NCBI GenBank assembly: GCA_051313645.2
Contig: JBNRSN020000024.1
Coordinates: 12,710,001 to 12,774,000, forward strand
DNA from: Centroscyllium fabricii
Taxonomy: Eukaryota
Direction: 5' to 3'
Length of the DNA: 64,000 nt
The position numbers were made by a program, and so were the translations under genes. The notes under the pieces were generated by a model. The model saw only the letters and a list, made by a program, of their open reading frames with translations, did no database searches and was not told the origin of the DNA. Positions 1 to 11,195 of the stretch are shown piece by piece; positions within the stretch are counted from its first letter, which is position 1, and each line of letters opens with the position of its first letter.

Positions 1-2255
1 AAACTGGGCATCCATGAGGCGCTGTGGGCCATCAGCAGCAGCAGAATTGTATTCAACCACAATCTGTGACCTTATGGCCCGGCATATCGCTCACTCTACC
101 ATTACCATCAAGCCGGGAGATCAACCCTGGTTTAACGAAGAGTGCAGGAGAGCATGCCAGGAACAGCACCAGGCATACCGAAAAATGAGGTGTCAATCTG
201 GTGAAGCTACAACACAGGACTACTTGCATGCCAAACAACAGAAGCAACATGCGATAGACAGAGCTAAGCGATCTCACAACCATCGTATCAAATCAAAGCT
301 CTGCAGCCCTGCCACATCCAGTCGTGAGTGGTGGTGGACTATTAAACAGTTAACAGGAGGAGGAGGCTCCAAAAATATCCCATCCTCAATGATGGTGGAG
401 CCCAGCACGTGAGTGCAAAAGACAAGGCTGAAGCATTTGCAACTATCTTCAGCCAGAAATGCCGAGTGGATGATCCATCTCGGCCTCCTCCCGAGGTCCC
501 CAGCATCACAGATGCCAGTCTTCAGCCAATTCAATTCACTCCACGTGATGTCAAGAAACGGCTGAAGGCACTGGATACTGCAAAGACTATGGACCCTGAC
601 AACATTCCGGCAATAGTACTGAAGACTTGTGCTCCAGAACTAGCTGCGCCCCTGGCCAAGCTGTTCCTGTACAGCTACAACACTGGCATCTACCCGGCAA
701 TGTGGAAAATTGCCCAAGTATTTTTTAATTTTTTTAATTTATTTGTTGATGGGATGTGGGCACCGCTGGCTGGCTAGGCCTGCATTTAGTGCCCATCCCT
801 AAGTGCCCTTGAGAAGATGGTGGTGAGCCGCCTTCTTGAACTGTATGTCCTGTCTACAAAAAGCAGGACAAATCCGACCCAGCCAATTACCGTCCCATCA
901 GTCTACTCTCAATCATCAGCAAAGTGATGGAAGGTGTCGTCGACAGTGCTATCAAGCGGCACTTACTCAGCAATAACCTGCTAACTGACGCCCAGTTTGG
1001 GTTCCGCCAGGGCCACTCAGCTCCTGACCTCATCACAGCCTTGCTCCAAACATGGACAAAAGAGCTGAACTCAAGTGGTGAGGTGAGAGTGACTGCCCTT
1101 GACATCAAGGCAGCATTTGATCGAGTGTGGCATCAAGGAGCCCTGGCAAAGCTGAAGTCAATGGGAATCAAGGGGAAAACTCTCCATTGGTTGGAATCAT
1201 ACCTAGCACAAAGGAAGTTGGTTGTGGTTGTTGGAGGTCATTCATCTCAACCACAGGACATCACTGCAGGAGTTCCTCAGGGCAGTGTCCTAGGCCCAAC
1301 CATCTTCAGCTGTTTCATCAATGACCTTCCCTCCATCATAAGGTCAGAAGTGGGGATGTTCGCTGATGATTGCACACTGTTCAGCACCATTCGAGACTCG
1401 TCGGATACTGACGCATTCCATGTCCATATGCAGCAAGACCTGGACAACATACAGTCTTGGGCTGACAAGTGGCAAGTAACATTCGCACCACACAAGTGCC
1501 AGGCAATGACCATCTCCAACAAGCGAGACTCTAACCATCTCCCCTTGACATTCAATGGCATTATCATCGCTGAATCCCCCACTATCAACATCCTGGGGGT
1601 TACCATTGATCAGAAACTGAACTGGACCAGCCATATAAATACTGTGGCTACAAGAGCAGGCCAGAGGCTGGGAATTCTGCGGCAAGATCTCACCTCCATG
1701 ACTCCCCAAAGCCTTTCCACCATTTACAAGGCACAAGTCACAAGTGTGATGGAATACTCTCTGCTTGCCTGGATGAGTGCAGCTCCAACAACACTCAAGA
1801 AGCTCGACACCATTCAGGATAAAGCAGGCCGCTTGATTGGCACTCCATCCACCACCTTCAACGTTCACTCCCTCCACCACCGGCACACTGTGGCTGCAGT
1901 GTGTACCATCTACAAGATGCACTGCAGCAACTCGCCAAAGCTCCTTCAACAGCACCTTCCAAACCCGCGACCTCTATCACTTAGAAGGACAAGGGCAGCA
2001 GACGCATGGGAACAGCACCACCTACAAGTTCCCCTCCAAGCCACACACCATCCTGACTTGGACCTGTATCGCCGCTCCTTCACTGTCGCTGGGCCAAAAT
2101 CCTGGAACTCCCTTCCTAACAACATTGTGGGTGTACCTACACCATATGGACTACAGCGGTTCAAGAAGGCGGCTCACCACCATCTTCTCAAGGGCAATTA
2201 GGGATGGGCACAAAATGCAAGCCTAGCGACACCCACATCCCATCAATGGATAAAA
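1..2255 (+). mobile_element. Non-LTR retrotransposon (CR1/L2-group family), ORF2 linker + RT + 3' tail, 5' end outside window
   Basis: ORF 924-2201 has RT motifs ([32 protein letters not shown]). Upstream ORFs 14-412 and 409-777 are the frameshifted linker. The 3' tail aagggcaattagggatgggc...cccacatcccat-aataaa-like follows. Interrupted at ~721-842. Confidence 0.9.
721..842 (-). mobile_element. 5'-truncated antisense copy of the same LINE family's 3' end, inserted into the LINE
   Basis: Reverse complement matches the family tail (2160-2255 and 48510-48597) plus an A-rich tail. The uninterrupted copy reads gcccaagtatgtcctg (47950-47965), and GTAT is duplicated at both junctions. Confidence 0.85.
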
Positions 2256-3244
2256 ACATTTTTTTAAGTCATCCATATCTCATTTTTTTGATGCAAGAGC
2301 TCCACCATTTCGTCGCCGATGTGGAATAACTTTTAAAAACCAGCAGCATCTTACCAATTTCAGTAAGAATGTAAGTGCTTGGAAATTCCCAGGCTGTCCT
2401 CGTGAGATCTGGAATGAAGTAGTCCATTTAGCCGACCTATTTCAAAGATGAGTCCAAAAGACCTGCATCAGGTCTGAGTGTCGGTTGGGGTCTAATATCT
2501 ACAGCCCCTCTATTAGACCTTGACCAATGCACAGCGACATCGACAGAGTCAAATGCAAAGCAAAGTACTCTATAGCTCTATACACCTGGTTGTCCCTCAT
2601 AATGTTTGTGTGACAATTCAGTAGAATACTCCTCCCTGCCAATTATTTTTTCTGAAAAGATAGAGATTTTGCATGTTACACGCCATAATACCAGGGGTTC
2701 AGAGTTTGTTAACTGTAATGGTGACGGATGTTTTATTAGATTAACACTAATCTCTGGTATATCATTACAAGCACATCAGTGGGAGAGTGGACACTTCCCT
2801 GCAGTCAGGGAAGATCACCCGAGGTAGCCAAGCTCCCCCATCACCATCCAACTGTTCTGAAATCCACTGCTGCTTACAGTGTAGTACAGTTGGAGGCGTG
2901 GGAACAGTTCAGCTGTCTGCCCTATCAGATTAAGTATGGAGCATGGCACAGAAAGACTTGAAGTTAGGGAACGGGGGAGGGGGGGGGCGGAATATGATTT
3001 CAAAAACAGAAAAATAAGAACGTTCAATGGATACAAGAAAGATAAAAATATTCAGTAGAGATAAAAAGAAAATGGCAGGAATCTGAACAAAAAATATGAA
3101 GAGGCTGGTGAATCTGAGAGAGAAAAGACAGGTTAATGTACTGATGAAAAGTCCCGGCCAAAGCATTAAGCTACCTTTATCTTCCAGAGGCTGACTGACT
3201 TGCTGTCTGTTAAACAGCATTTCTGATTGTATTAAAAGAAACAT

Positions 3245-4100
3245 CACCTTCATGCAGAGGGAGCTGGGTGTCCTAGCGCATGAATTGCAGAAAGTTAGTA
3301 TGTAGGTACAGCAAGTAATTAGGAAAGCTAATAGAATGATATTGTTTATTGTGAGGGGAGTTGAATACAAAAGTAGGGAGGTTATGCTTCAGTTATACAG
3401 GTGAGACCACATCTGGAGTACTGGGTACAGTATTTGTCTCCTTATTTAAGGAAGGATGTAAATGCATTGGAAGCAGTTCAGAGCAGCTTCTTCCCCAGGG
3501 CTGTCAGCCTCCTGAACTCTAAAAAGAAACCCCGGTACCTGCACGCCTGATAATGTACTTTACTGTATGCAATTTGCATGTAATTTATTTGCACTACTCT
3601 CGGGAGAGTCGAGTCTTCGTCTCGTTGTATTGTACTAGTACTCTGCAATGACAATAAAACTTGAATTGAATTGAATTGAATTGAGAAGGTTTACTAGACT
3701 AATACCGCTGGAGTTTAGAAGAGTGAGAGGTGACTGGATTGAGACATATCAGATCCTGAGGGGTCTGGACAGGGTGGATGTGGAGAGGAGGTTTCCGCTT
3801 GTGGGAGAATCTAGAACGAGGGGTCACTGTTTAAAAATAAGGGGTCGCCCATTTAAGACAGAGATGAGGAGACATTTTTTCTCACAGAGGGTCGTGAGGC
3901 TTTGGAACTCTCTTCCTCAAGAGGGCGGTGGAAGCAGTCTTTGAATATTTTTACGGGCGAGATCGATAGATTCTTGGTAAGCAAGGGGGTGAAAGGTTAT
4001 CGGGGGTAGGCGGGAATGTGGAGTAATCGGATCAGCCATGATCTGGTTGAATGGCGGAGCAGGCTCGAGGGGCCGACTCCTGCTCCTAATTCGTATGTTC
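3245..4100 (+). mobile_element. CR1 (HER1-type) LINE 3' fragment, interrupted by a Rex1 tail
   Basis: ORF2 C-terminus (ESRTRGHCLKIRG...FFSQRVVRLWNSLP) and CR1 tail gatcagccatgatc...ggagcaggctcgaggggcc. Boundaries approximate. Confidence 0.85.
3483..3683 (+). mobile_element. Rex1/Babar LINE extreme 3' fragment with (TTGAA)n tail
   Basis: Near-identical to the reverse complement of 5415-5610; ends aataaaac(ttgaa)4. Confidence 0.8.
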
Positions 4101-4230
4101 ATTTGGTGCTTTGAACAAGTGGGTAATGTTGTTTTCATCCCAGTTGTAGCCGGAAACACAGCAGTACATTCCCCTTTTACAAAACGGTTTCATCACAATC
4201 GAGAGGTGCAGCAGTGATTGTGAAACGAGC

Positions 4231-4306
4231 CTTTATAAGCATGTTCACTGATTGCAGCATTGTCATGGTTGCAAGCTGAAGAACACGGAGACACACTCTG
4301 GTAAGT
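4231..4306 (+). promoter_or_regulatory. Candidate TATA-like promoter and non-coding first exon (donor CTG|GTAAGT at 4300/4301) for the GPCR
   Basis: Unique-sequence island between repeats, with tttataag at 4232-4239 and a consensus donor GTAAGT at 4301-4306. The GPCR coding exon has an acceptor at 10208-10209. The link between them is inferred. Confidence 0.35.
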
Positions 4307-4699
4307 ATTTGCAAAAAAGTGCATATTTATGCACTACCACGAACAGTACCAAAGGAAACAGGCCAGCAAGGTCTTCGGTTCAATACCTGGTCTGTGTCCA
4401 GTTAGATGATTTCAAATGACTACAGCGCAGCTGGGCTAGGGAGTGAAGAGCGAACTTAAAAAAATGAGTAGTTCCCGCACCAAATACTTCTATTAAGTGA
4501 TCCACATACAGGAGAGAGAGCGAGAGCATGAAAAGGATCAGGCAGCAATGTACCGTACAGTTGAATAAACTGATTAAACTCACTTTTGAGATTCATGTCT
4601 GGCCAGTCAGCTGAGGCATCAGAAGGAAGTCAGTGCTCTAAGGACCATACTCCAATGTAAATAAGCCCCTTCATGAGTGGAGGATCATTCTTGTATGTC

Positions 4700-6530
4700 A
4701 AAAGGAAAAGACTGGCAAAGGTAATGTAGGTCCTTTACAGTCAGCGATGGGAGAATTTATAATGGCGAATGAGGAAATGGCAGAGAAATTAAATAAATAC
4801 TTTGATTCTGTCTTCACGGAGGAAGACACAACAAACCTCCCAGAAATATAAGAAATCCAAGGGTGTGGTGAGAATGACGAACTTAAAGAAATTATTAGTA
4901 AAAAAAACAGTACCAGCAAAATTAATGGGACTAAAAGTCGATAAATCCCAAGGACCGGATGACCTACATCCTAGGGTTTTGAAAGAGTTGGCCATTGGGA
5001 TAGTGGACGCATTGGTTGTCATCTTCCAAAATTCTATAGATTCTGGAATGGTTCCTGCAGATTGGAGGATAGCAAATGTAACCCCGCTATTTAAGAAAGG
5101 AGGGAGAGAGAAAACGGGGAACTGCAGACCTGCTAGCCTCACATCAGTAGTTGGGAAAATGCTGGAATCTATTATCAAGGATGCAATAACTGGGCACTTT
5201 AGTAAGATTGGGCAGAGTCAACATGGATTTATGAAAGGTAAATCCTGTTTAACAAACCTATTGGAGTTCTTTGAGGATGTAACTAGTGGAGTAGACAAAG
5301 GGGAACTGGTAGATGTGGCGTATCTGGATTTTCAGAAAGCCTTCGATAAGGTCCCACACAAGAAGTTGGTGAACAAAATCAGAGCACATGGAATTGGGAG
5401 TAATACACTAGCATTCAATTCAATTTTTATTGTCATTGCAGAGTACTAGTACAATACAACGAGACGAAGACTCGACTCTCCCGAGAGTAGTGCAAATAAA
5501 ATAAATAAATTACATGCAAATTGCATACAGTAAAGTTCATTGTCAGGCGTGTAGGTACCGGAGTTTCTTTTTAGAGTTCAGGAGGCTGACAGCCCTGGGG
5601 AAGAAGCTGTTCTGAAATCTAGTCGTGCGGGTGCAAATTGCTCTGTAGCGTCTCCCGGAGGGCAGAGGGGCGAAAAGACTGTGGCTGGGGTGTGTGGGGT
5701 CTTTAATAATGTTCATAGACCTCCGTAAGCAGCGTTTGAGGTAGATGCTTTCCATTGACGGTAGCTGTGTACCGGTAATTCGTTGGGCAGTTTTGACTAC
5801 CCGCTGCAGGGTTTTCCGGTCCGAGATAGTGCAATTACCATACCAGACAGTGATGCAGCTTGTCAGTATGCTTTCTATTGTGCAGCGGTAGAAGTTGGAG
5901 AGGATGCCGGATGACAGCCTGGCTTTCTTCAGCTTCCTTAGGAAGTACAGGCGCTGTTGGGCCTTCTTAACCAGAGAGGAGGTGTTTAGTGACCAGGAGA
6001 GATCTTCCGAGATGTGGACCCCGAGGAACTTGAAGCATGGACTGAGAATTGGTTAACAGACAGAAAACAAAGTGTAGGGATAAATGGGTCTATTCAGGAT
6101 GGCAGGCTGTGAGTAGTGGGGTACCACAAGGATCGGTGCTTGGGCCCCAGCTATTCACAATCTATATCAATGATTTGGATGATGGGACTGAATGTAACAT
6201 TTCCAAATTTGCTGAGGATACAAAGCTAGGTGTCAGTGTCAGTTATGAAGCCTCAGAATAAAGGGTAGGCCATTCAGGACTGAGATGAGGAGGAATTTCT
6301 TCACCCAGAGAGTGGTGAACCTGTGGAATTCTCTACCCCAGAGGGCTGTGGAGGCTCAGTCATTGGGTATATTCAAAACATTAGTCGATAGATTTCTGAC
6401 TAGTAAGGGCATCAAGAGATATGGCGATAGGGCCGGTGAATGGAATTGAGGCAGAAGATCAGCCATGATCTTATTGAATAGCGGAACAGGGCCGAATGGC
6501 CTACTCCTGGTTCTATTTGTTATGTTCTTA
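4700..6530 (+). mobile_element. CR1 LINE ORF2 fragment with internal deletion, interrupted by Rex1
   Basis: ORFs 4802-5449 and 6049-6261 ([41 protein letters not shown]); CR1 tail at ~6450-6530. Boundaries approximate. Confidence 0.85.
5415..6033 (-). mobile_element. Rex1/Babar LINE, 5'-truncated, open frame, AGCAT TSD
   Basis: Minus strand reads KFLGVHISEDLSWSLNT...KAQQRLYFLRKL...NFYRCTIESILTSCITVWYG...IIKDPTHPSHSLFAPLPSGRRYR...NSFFPRAVSLLNS with no stop. TTGAA tail; AGCAT at 5410-5414 and 6034-6038. Confidence 0.85.
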
Positions 6531-6923
6531 TTCTTGGCAGAGGAAAGAAGAAATAAAATGAGAAAAAGATATTTCAGTGCCCTTATGCTGCAATGTGCTG
6601 CAGTGTGGCAGATCATCTTCCATCGCGACAATCCTCCCACATGACATCTGACCAGTTAGTCCTCCTGAAGTCTGTTAGCCTGCTCATTGTTTACTACATT
6701 TGAGTTTGTATCATCTGTAAACTTTCAAATTATGCCCTGTATGCCGAAGTCCAGGCATATATATCAAAAAGAGCAGTGGTTCCAATACCAACCCGCCCCA
6801 TCCAGGGAACACCACTGAATACTTTTCAATAGCAAAATACTGCGGATGCTGGAAATCTGATACAACAGAAAATGCTGGAAACACTCAGCAGGTCATGCCG
6901 CATCCTTGGAGAGAGAAAAACAG

Positions 6924-6960
6924 AGTTAACGTTTCAGGTCTGTGACCCTTTGTCAGAACT
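6924..6960 (-). ncRNA. Minimal type I hammerhead ribozyme motif, core mutated (CUGACAA)
   Basis: Minus strand AGTT CTGACAA AGGGTC ACA GACCT GAAACGTT AACT; a G>A change in the CUGANGA core. Confidence 0.55.
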
Positions 6961-7027
6961 GGGAAAAGTTAGAGATGGAACAGATTTTAAGCAGGTGCAG
7001 AGGCAGGGAAAGCGGGGACGTGACAAA

Positions 7028-7380
7028 AGGGAGGGTCTGTGATAGGGTGGAAGGCAGGGGTGGTTAAATGGACGGTCTATGATAGGGTGGAAGGCAGGGG
7101 TGGTTAAAGGGAGGGTCTATGATAGGGTGGAAGGCAGGGGTGGTTAAAGGGACGGTCTGATAGGGTGGAAGGCAGGGGTGGTTAAAGGGACGGTCTGATA
7201 GGGTGGAAGGCAGGGGTGGTTAAAGGGACGGTCTGATAGGGTGGAAGGCAGGGGTGGTTAAAGGGACGGTCTGATAGGGTGGAAGGCAGGGGTGGTTAAA
7301 GGGACGGTCTATGATAGGGTGGAAGGCAGGGGTGGTTAAAGGGACGGTCTATGATAGGGTGGAAGGCAGGGGTGGTTAAA
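7028..7380. repeat. G-rich minisatellite, 38-40-bp unit, about 9 copies
   Basis: Unit gggacggtct(at)gatagggtggaaggcaggggtggttaaa repeated in tandem inside the Penelope pseudo-LTR. Confidence 0.95.
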
Positions 7381-8762
7381 TGTTGCAAATAGGGATGGCA
7401 GAATCATCAACAGCTGCCGCCTGAAAAAATAGGATCAGAGATTATAGTCTGAAATTGTTGAACTCAAAGTTGAGTCCAGAAGGCTGTAACCGCCTCCTTT
7501 TCACTCTGGACGTCCAATCCCTCTACACCTCCATCCCCCACCAGGATGGCCTGAGGGCGCTCCGCTTCTTCCTTGAACAGAGGCCCAACCAGTCCCCATC
7601 CACCACCACCCTCCTCCGCCTGACTGAGCTTGTTCTCACATTAAACAACTACTTTGACTCCACTCACTTCCTCCAAATTAAAGGCGTTACTCTGAGAACC
7701 CGTATGAGCCCTAGCTATGCCTGCCTTTTCATGGGATATGTAGAACTCTTTGTTCCAGTCCTACGCAGGTCCCTCCCTCACCTCATTTTCCGTTACATTA
7801 ACGATATTGGTGCCGTTTCCTGCTCTCGCCCTTAACTAGAAAATTTCATTCACTTTGCTTTCAATTTCCACCCTTCCCTCACCTTCACATGGTCCACCTC
7901 CACCTCTTCCCTTCCCTGGTGGCGTGAAAGGTGATTTCCCGCAGTTCTGCTCTCACCCCTTCCCATCTCTCCCAGAACCACGATAGGGTTCCCCTTGTCC
8001 TCACCTTTCACCCAACCAGCTTCCACATTCAACGGATCATTCTCTGCCATTTCCGCCACCTTCAGCGTGATCCCACCACCAAACACCCCTCCCAGCATTC
8101 TGGAGGGACCACTCCCTCCACAATACCCTGGCCCACTCCTCTATTACCCCCGACAGTCCCTCTCCTCCCGACGGTGCCTTCCCGTGCAAGAGATGCAACA
8201 CATGCCCTTTCACCTCCTCCCTTCGCACTGTCCAGGGCCCCAAACACTCCTTCCAGGTGAAACAGCGATTTACTTGTACTTCTTGCAATTTAGTGTACTG
8301 TATTCTCTACTCATGATGCGGTCTCCTCCAGATTGGGGGGATCAAGTGTAGACTGGGTGACTGCTTTGCAGAACACCTCCGTTCAGTGTGTAAGGGTGAC
8401 CCCAAACTTCCGGTCGCTTGTCACTTTAATTCTCCGCTCCGCTCCCACTCAGGCCTCTTAGTCTTCGGCCTCTTACACTGTTCCAATGAAGCTCAACGTA
8501 AGCTCAAGGAACAGCACCTCATCTTTCTATAAGGGACTTTACAGCCTTCCGGACTCAACATCAAGTTCAACAATTTCAGACTATAACCTCTGCCCCAATT
8601 TTTTCAGGCGGAAGCTGTTGATGATTCTGCCATCGCCATTTGTAACATTTAACCACTCCTGCCTTCCACCCTATCAGACTGTCCCTTTTGTTCTTTCCTG
8701 CCCATCCCCCCCTTCCCTACCCCAACACTTGCTTAAAATCTGTTCCATCTCCAGCTTTTTCC

Positions 8763-8799
8763 AGTTCTGATGAAGGGTCCCAGACCTGAAACGTTAACT
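8763..8799 (+). ncRNA. Minimal type I hammerhead ribozyme motif in the Penelope pseudo-LTR
   Basis: AGTT-CTGATGA-AGGGTC CCA GACCT-GAAA-CGTT-AACT: conserved core, stem II, palindromic AACGTT stem III, stem I AGTT/AACT. Confidence 0.7.
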
Positions 8800-9529
8800 C
8801 TGTTTTTCTCTCTCCACGGATGCTGCCTGACCTGCTGAGTGTTTCCAACATTTTCTGTTATGATTACTGAATACTTTTCTCCAGTCTGAAAAACAACTGT
8901 TCCCATACTCTCTGCTTTCTGGCTATTAGCCAGTTTTGTATCCTGGCTGCCGCCGGCCCTTTAATCTTATGGGCTTTAATTTTGCGAATAAGTCTATTAT
9001 GTGTTTATACACATCAGCTGCACCACCCTCATCAGCCCTCTCTGTTACTTCAAAGAACTCAATCTAGTTGGTCAAACAAATCCAGGTTGACTTTCATTTG
9101 TTAGCCCATACTTTTCCAAATGCCAATTAATTTTGTCCAGGGTTATTCTCTCTAAAAGGTTTCACCACCACCGACATTAGGCTGACTGTCCTGTATATTT
9201 CCAGGTTTATCCACCTCTTTTTTTTTTATAAACAGGGGTGTGATATTTGCAATCCTCTAGTCCTCTGCCACCACCCCACAGCCAAGGAGGATTGGAAGAT
9301 TGTGGCCAGAGCCTTCGCAATTTTCACCCTCACTTTCCTGAGCAACGTGGGATGCATCCCATATGGACCGGGTGACTTTTCTACTTTGAGGATTGCTAAC
9401 CTTTTAAGTACCTCCTCTTTATTTTTATCCTATCCAGTAACGCTTCCGCCTCCTCCTTTACTGCTACATGGCAGTATCCGCTCAGCTCATTTTGCAGCAA
9501 AACAATAAAACTTGAAACAAATTCCAAAC

Positions 9530-9956
9530 TGAGGAGTCAGAGGTTGTGGGTTCAGGTCCCACTCCAGAGACTTGAGCACAAAAATCTCCGCCGACGCTCC
9601 AGGGCAGTACTGATGGAGCGCTGCACTGTTGGAGGTGTCGACTTTCGAATGAGACATCAAACCGAGGCCCCGTCTGCTCTCTCAGGTGGACGTAAACAAT
9701 CCCGTGGCACTATTTCGAAGATAAGCAGGTGAGCTATCCCCGGTGCCTTGGGCCATATTTATCCCTCAACCAACATCACTGAAAAAAGATTATCTGGTCA
9801 TTATCACGTTGCTGTTTGTGGGAGCTTGCGGTGCGCAAATTGGCTGCCGCGTTTCCTACATTACAACACTTCAAAAGTACTTCATTGGCTGTAAAGTGCT
9901 TTGGGACATCCGGTGGTCGTGAAAGGCGCTATAGAAATGCAAGCAAGTCTTTCTTT
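9530..9956 (+). mobile_element. tRNA-derived Deu-domain-type SINE (SacSINE1-like) with L2-type tail
   Basis: B-box-like gggttcaggtccc, central gctgcactgttggaggtgtc...tgagac..aaaccgaggcccc, tail gtgaaaggcgctatagaaatgcaag-tctt. Related copies at 13620-13880, 36095-36265 and 44385-47285. Confidence 0.7.
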
Positions 9957-10226
9957 ATTAGAAATACACTAGAAACATTTTTAGGGCATTGATACCTCAA
10001 TAAATATTTTTCACCTGCAACAGCACTGATTAGGCTACAAACTATGTTGAATACACAGCATTACTGCAAGATGGGTGTTTCATGATAGAATGCAGTTTTT
10101 CACAATGCTATTTTTACTTGACTCCTAAAGTTACTGTGTACAGCACATCACAATTTAGAAACTGATATGCCAATCCAATATATGGGCTCTCTTGTCTTGC
10201 ACATATAGACCGCTTCTACTAAAGAA

Positions 10227-11195
10227 ATGGACAATTCATCCGTTACAACTGCAACTAATACAACATGTGTGTTGGATGAAGGGTTCCTCACAACAATGAT
10301 GCCTCCAGCACTTACAATCCTTTTCATTTTAGCTGCAAGTTTCAACAGTCTTGCCCTTTGGATATTCTGCTTTCATGTAAAGAAAAAGACTCCAATTGAT
10401 ATTTTGATGCTCAATCTGTGTGTGGGCGACCTGCTTTTCTCACTCACCTACCCCCTCATAATCGTTTACCACAGTAACAACAATCACTGGATATTTGGAA
10501 ACTTTATGTGCAAACTCCAAGCATTCATCGCCATTACAAGTATGTTGACAAGTGTCGTCTTCCTGACGTGCATTAGCAACTATCGATGTTACATGATTGT
10601 CAAACCCATCCAGTCCCAAAACAGAATTACAAAGAAATGTACCATCGTTCTTAGTGTATTAATCTGGTTGTTGGCTGGTGGGCTCACGATTAGGTGCTTT
10701 TTCACAATCAACATTTTTGAACTGAATGGAAAGCTGCATTGTATGAGCTTAAATCATGCAACTATAAGTGACTATTTACTGCCATCAACTATTGAGCTAT
10801 TTGTTTTGGGCTTTGTGATTCCATTTGGATCCCTGCTGGTGTCCACTGTATTCATCCAACGGGAATTGGCTAATTCTGCATTAACATCTCAATCTCAACA
10901 AAGGAACCAACATGCTATCAAGATGATGGTAGTTGTATTATCCATCTTCATTATCTGCTTTCTTCCTACAGTTGTGTCACGTTTTTGGATCGCAATTGCC
11001 AACCGCAAGAACTGTCCATATTTCCAAAAACTTGGCGTAGCTTTCTATTCAAGCCTTCTCTGCCTTTACCTCAATGGTGTTCTGGATCCGATTGTGTATT
11101 ATTATGCTGGCACCAAGTATAGATCAAAGCTAACTAAAGCCATCAAAAGCTGGAAATGTTGTAAGAAACCTGTGGTGGCCAGCAGCAACTCCTGA
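10227..11195 (+). CDS. Class A GPCR, delta group (HCAR/P2Y-like orphan), 322 aa, single coding exon
   Basis: Seven hydrophobic segments: FNSLALWIFCFH, LNLCVGDLLF..YP, WIFGNFMCK, FLTCISNYRC, FVIPF, FIICFLP, NGVLDPIVYY. N-glycosylation sequons in the N-terminus; Cys in N-terminus, TM3, ECL2 and ECL3. Acceptor ctcttgtcttgcacatatag ends at 10209, just upstream of the ATG. Confidence 0.93.
   Translation: MDNSSVTTATNTTCVLDEGFLTTMMPPALTILFILAASFNSLALWIFCFHVKKKTPIDILMLNLCVGDLLFSLTYPLIIVYHSNNNHWIFGNFMCKLQAFIAITSMLTSVVFLTCISNYRCYMIVKPIQSQNRITKKCTIVLSVLIWLLAGGLTIRCFFTINIFELNGKLHCMSLNHATISDYLLPSTIELFVLGFVIPFGSLLVSTVFIQRELANSALTSQSQQRNQHAIKMMVVVLSIFIICFLPTVVSRFWIAIANRKNCPYFQKLGVAFYSSLLCLYLNGVLDPIVYYYAGTKYRSKLTKAIKSWKCCKKPVVASSNS

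Larger units (their letters stand above)
6828..8865 (+). mobile_element. Penelope-like element (RT + GIY-YIG remnants) with inverted pseudo-LTR, 14-bp TSD
   Basis: RT fragment LFTLDVQSLYTSIPH...MSPSYACLFMGY...RYINDI and GIY-YIG remnant at ~8290-8530. Segment 6828-7485 is an inverted copy of the 3' end. TSD ACTGAATACTTTTC at 6814-6827 and 8866-8879. Confidence 0.85.
6660..9460 (-). mobile_element. Degraded CR1 ORF2 fragment (minus), split by the Penelope insertion
   Basis: Reverse-complement CR1 RT sequence on both sides of 6828-8865 (...agtggtgttccctgg..., ...ggatgcatcc...). Boundaries approximate. Confidence 0.65.
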
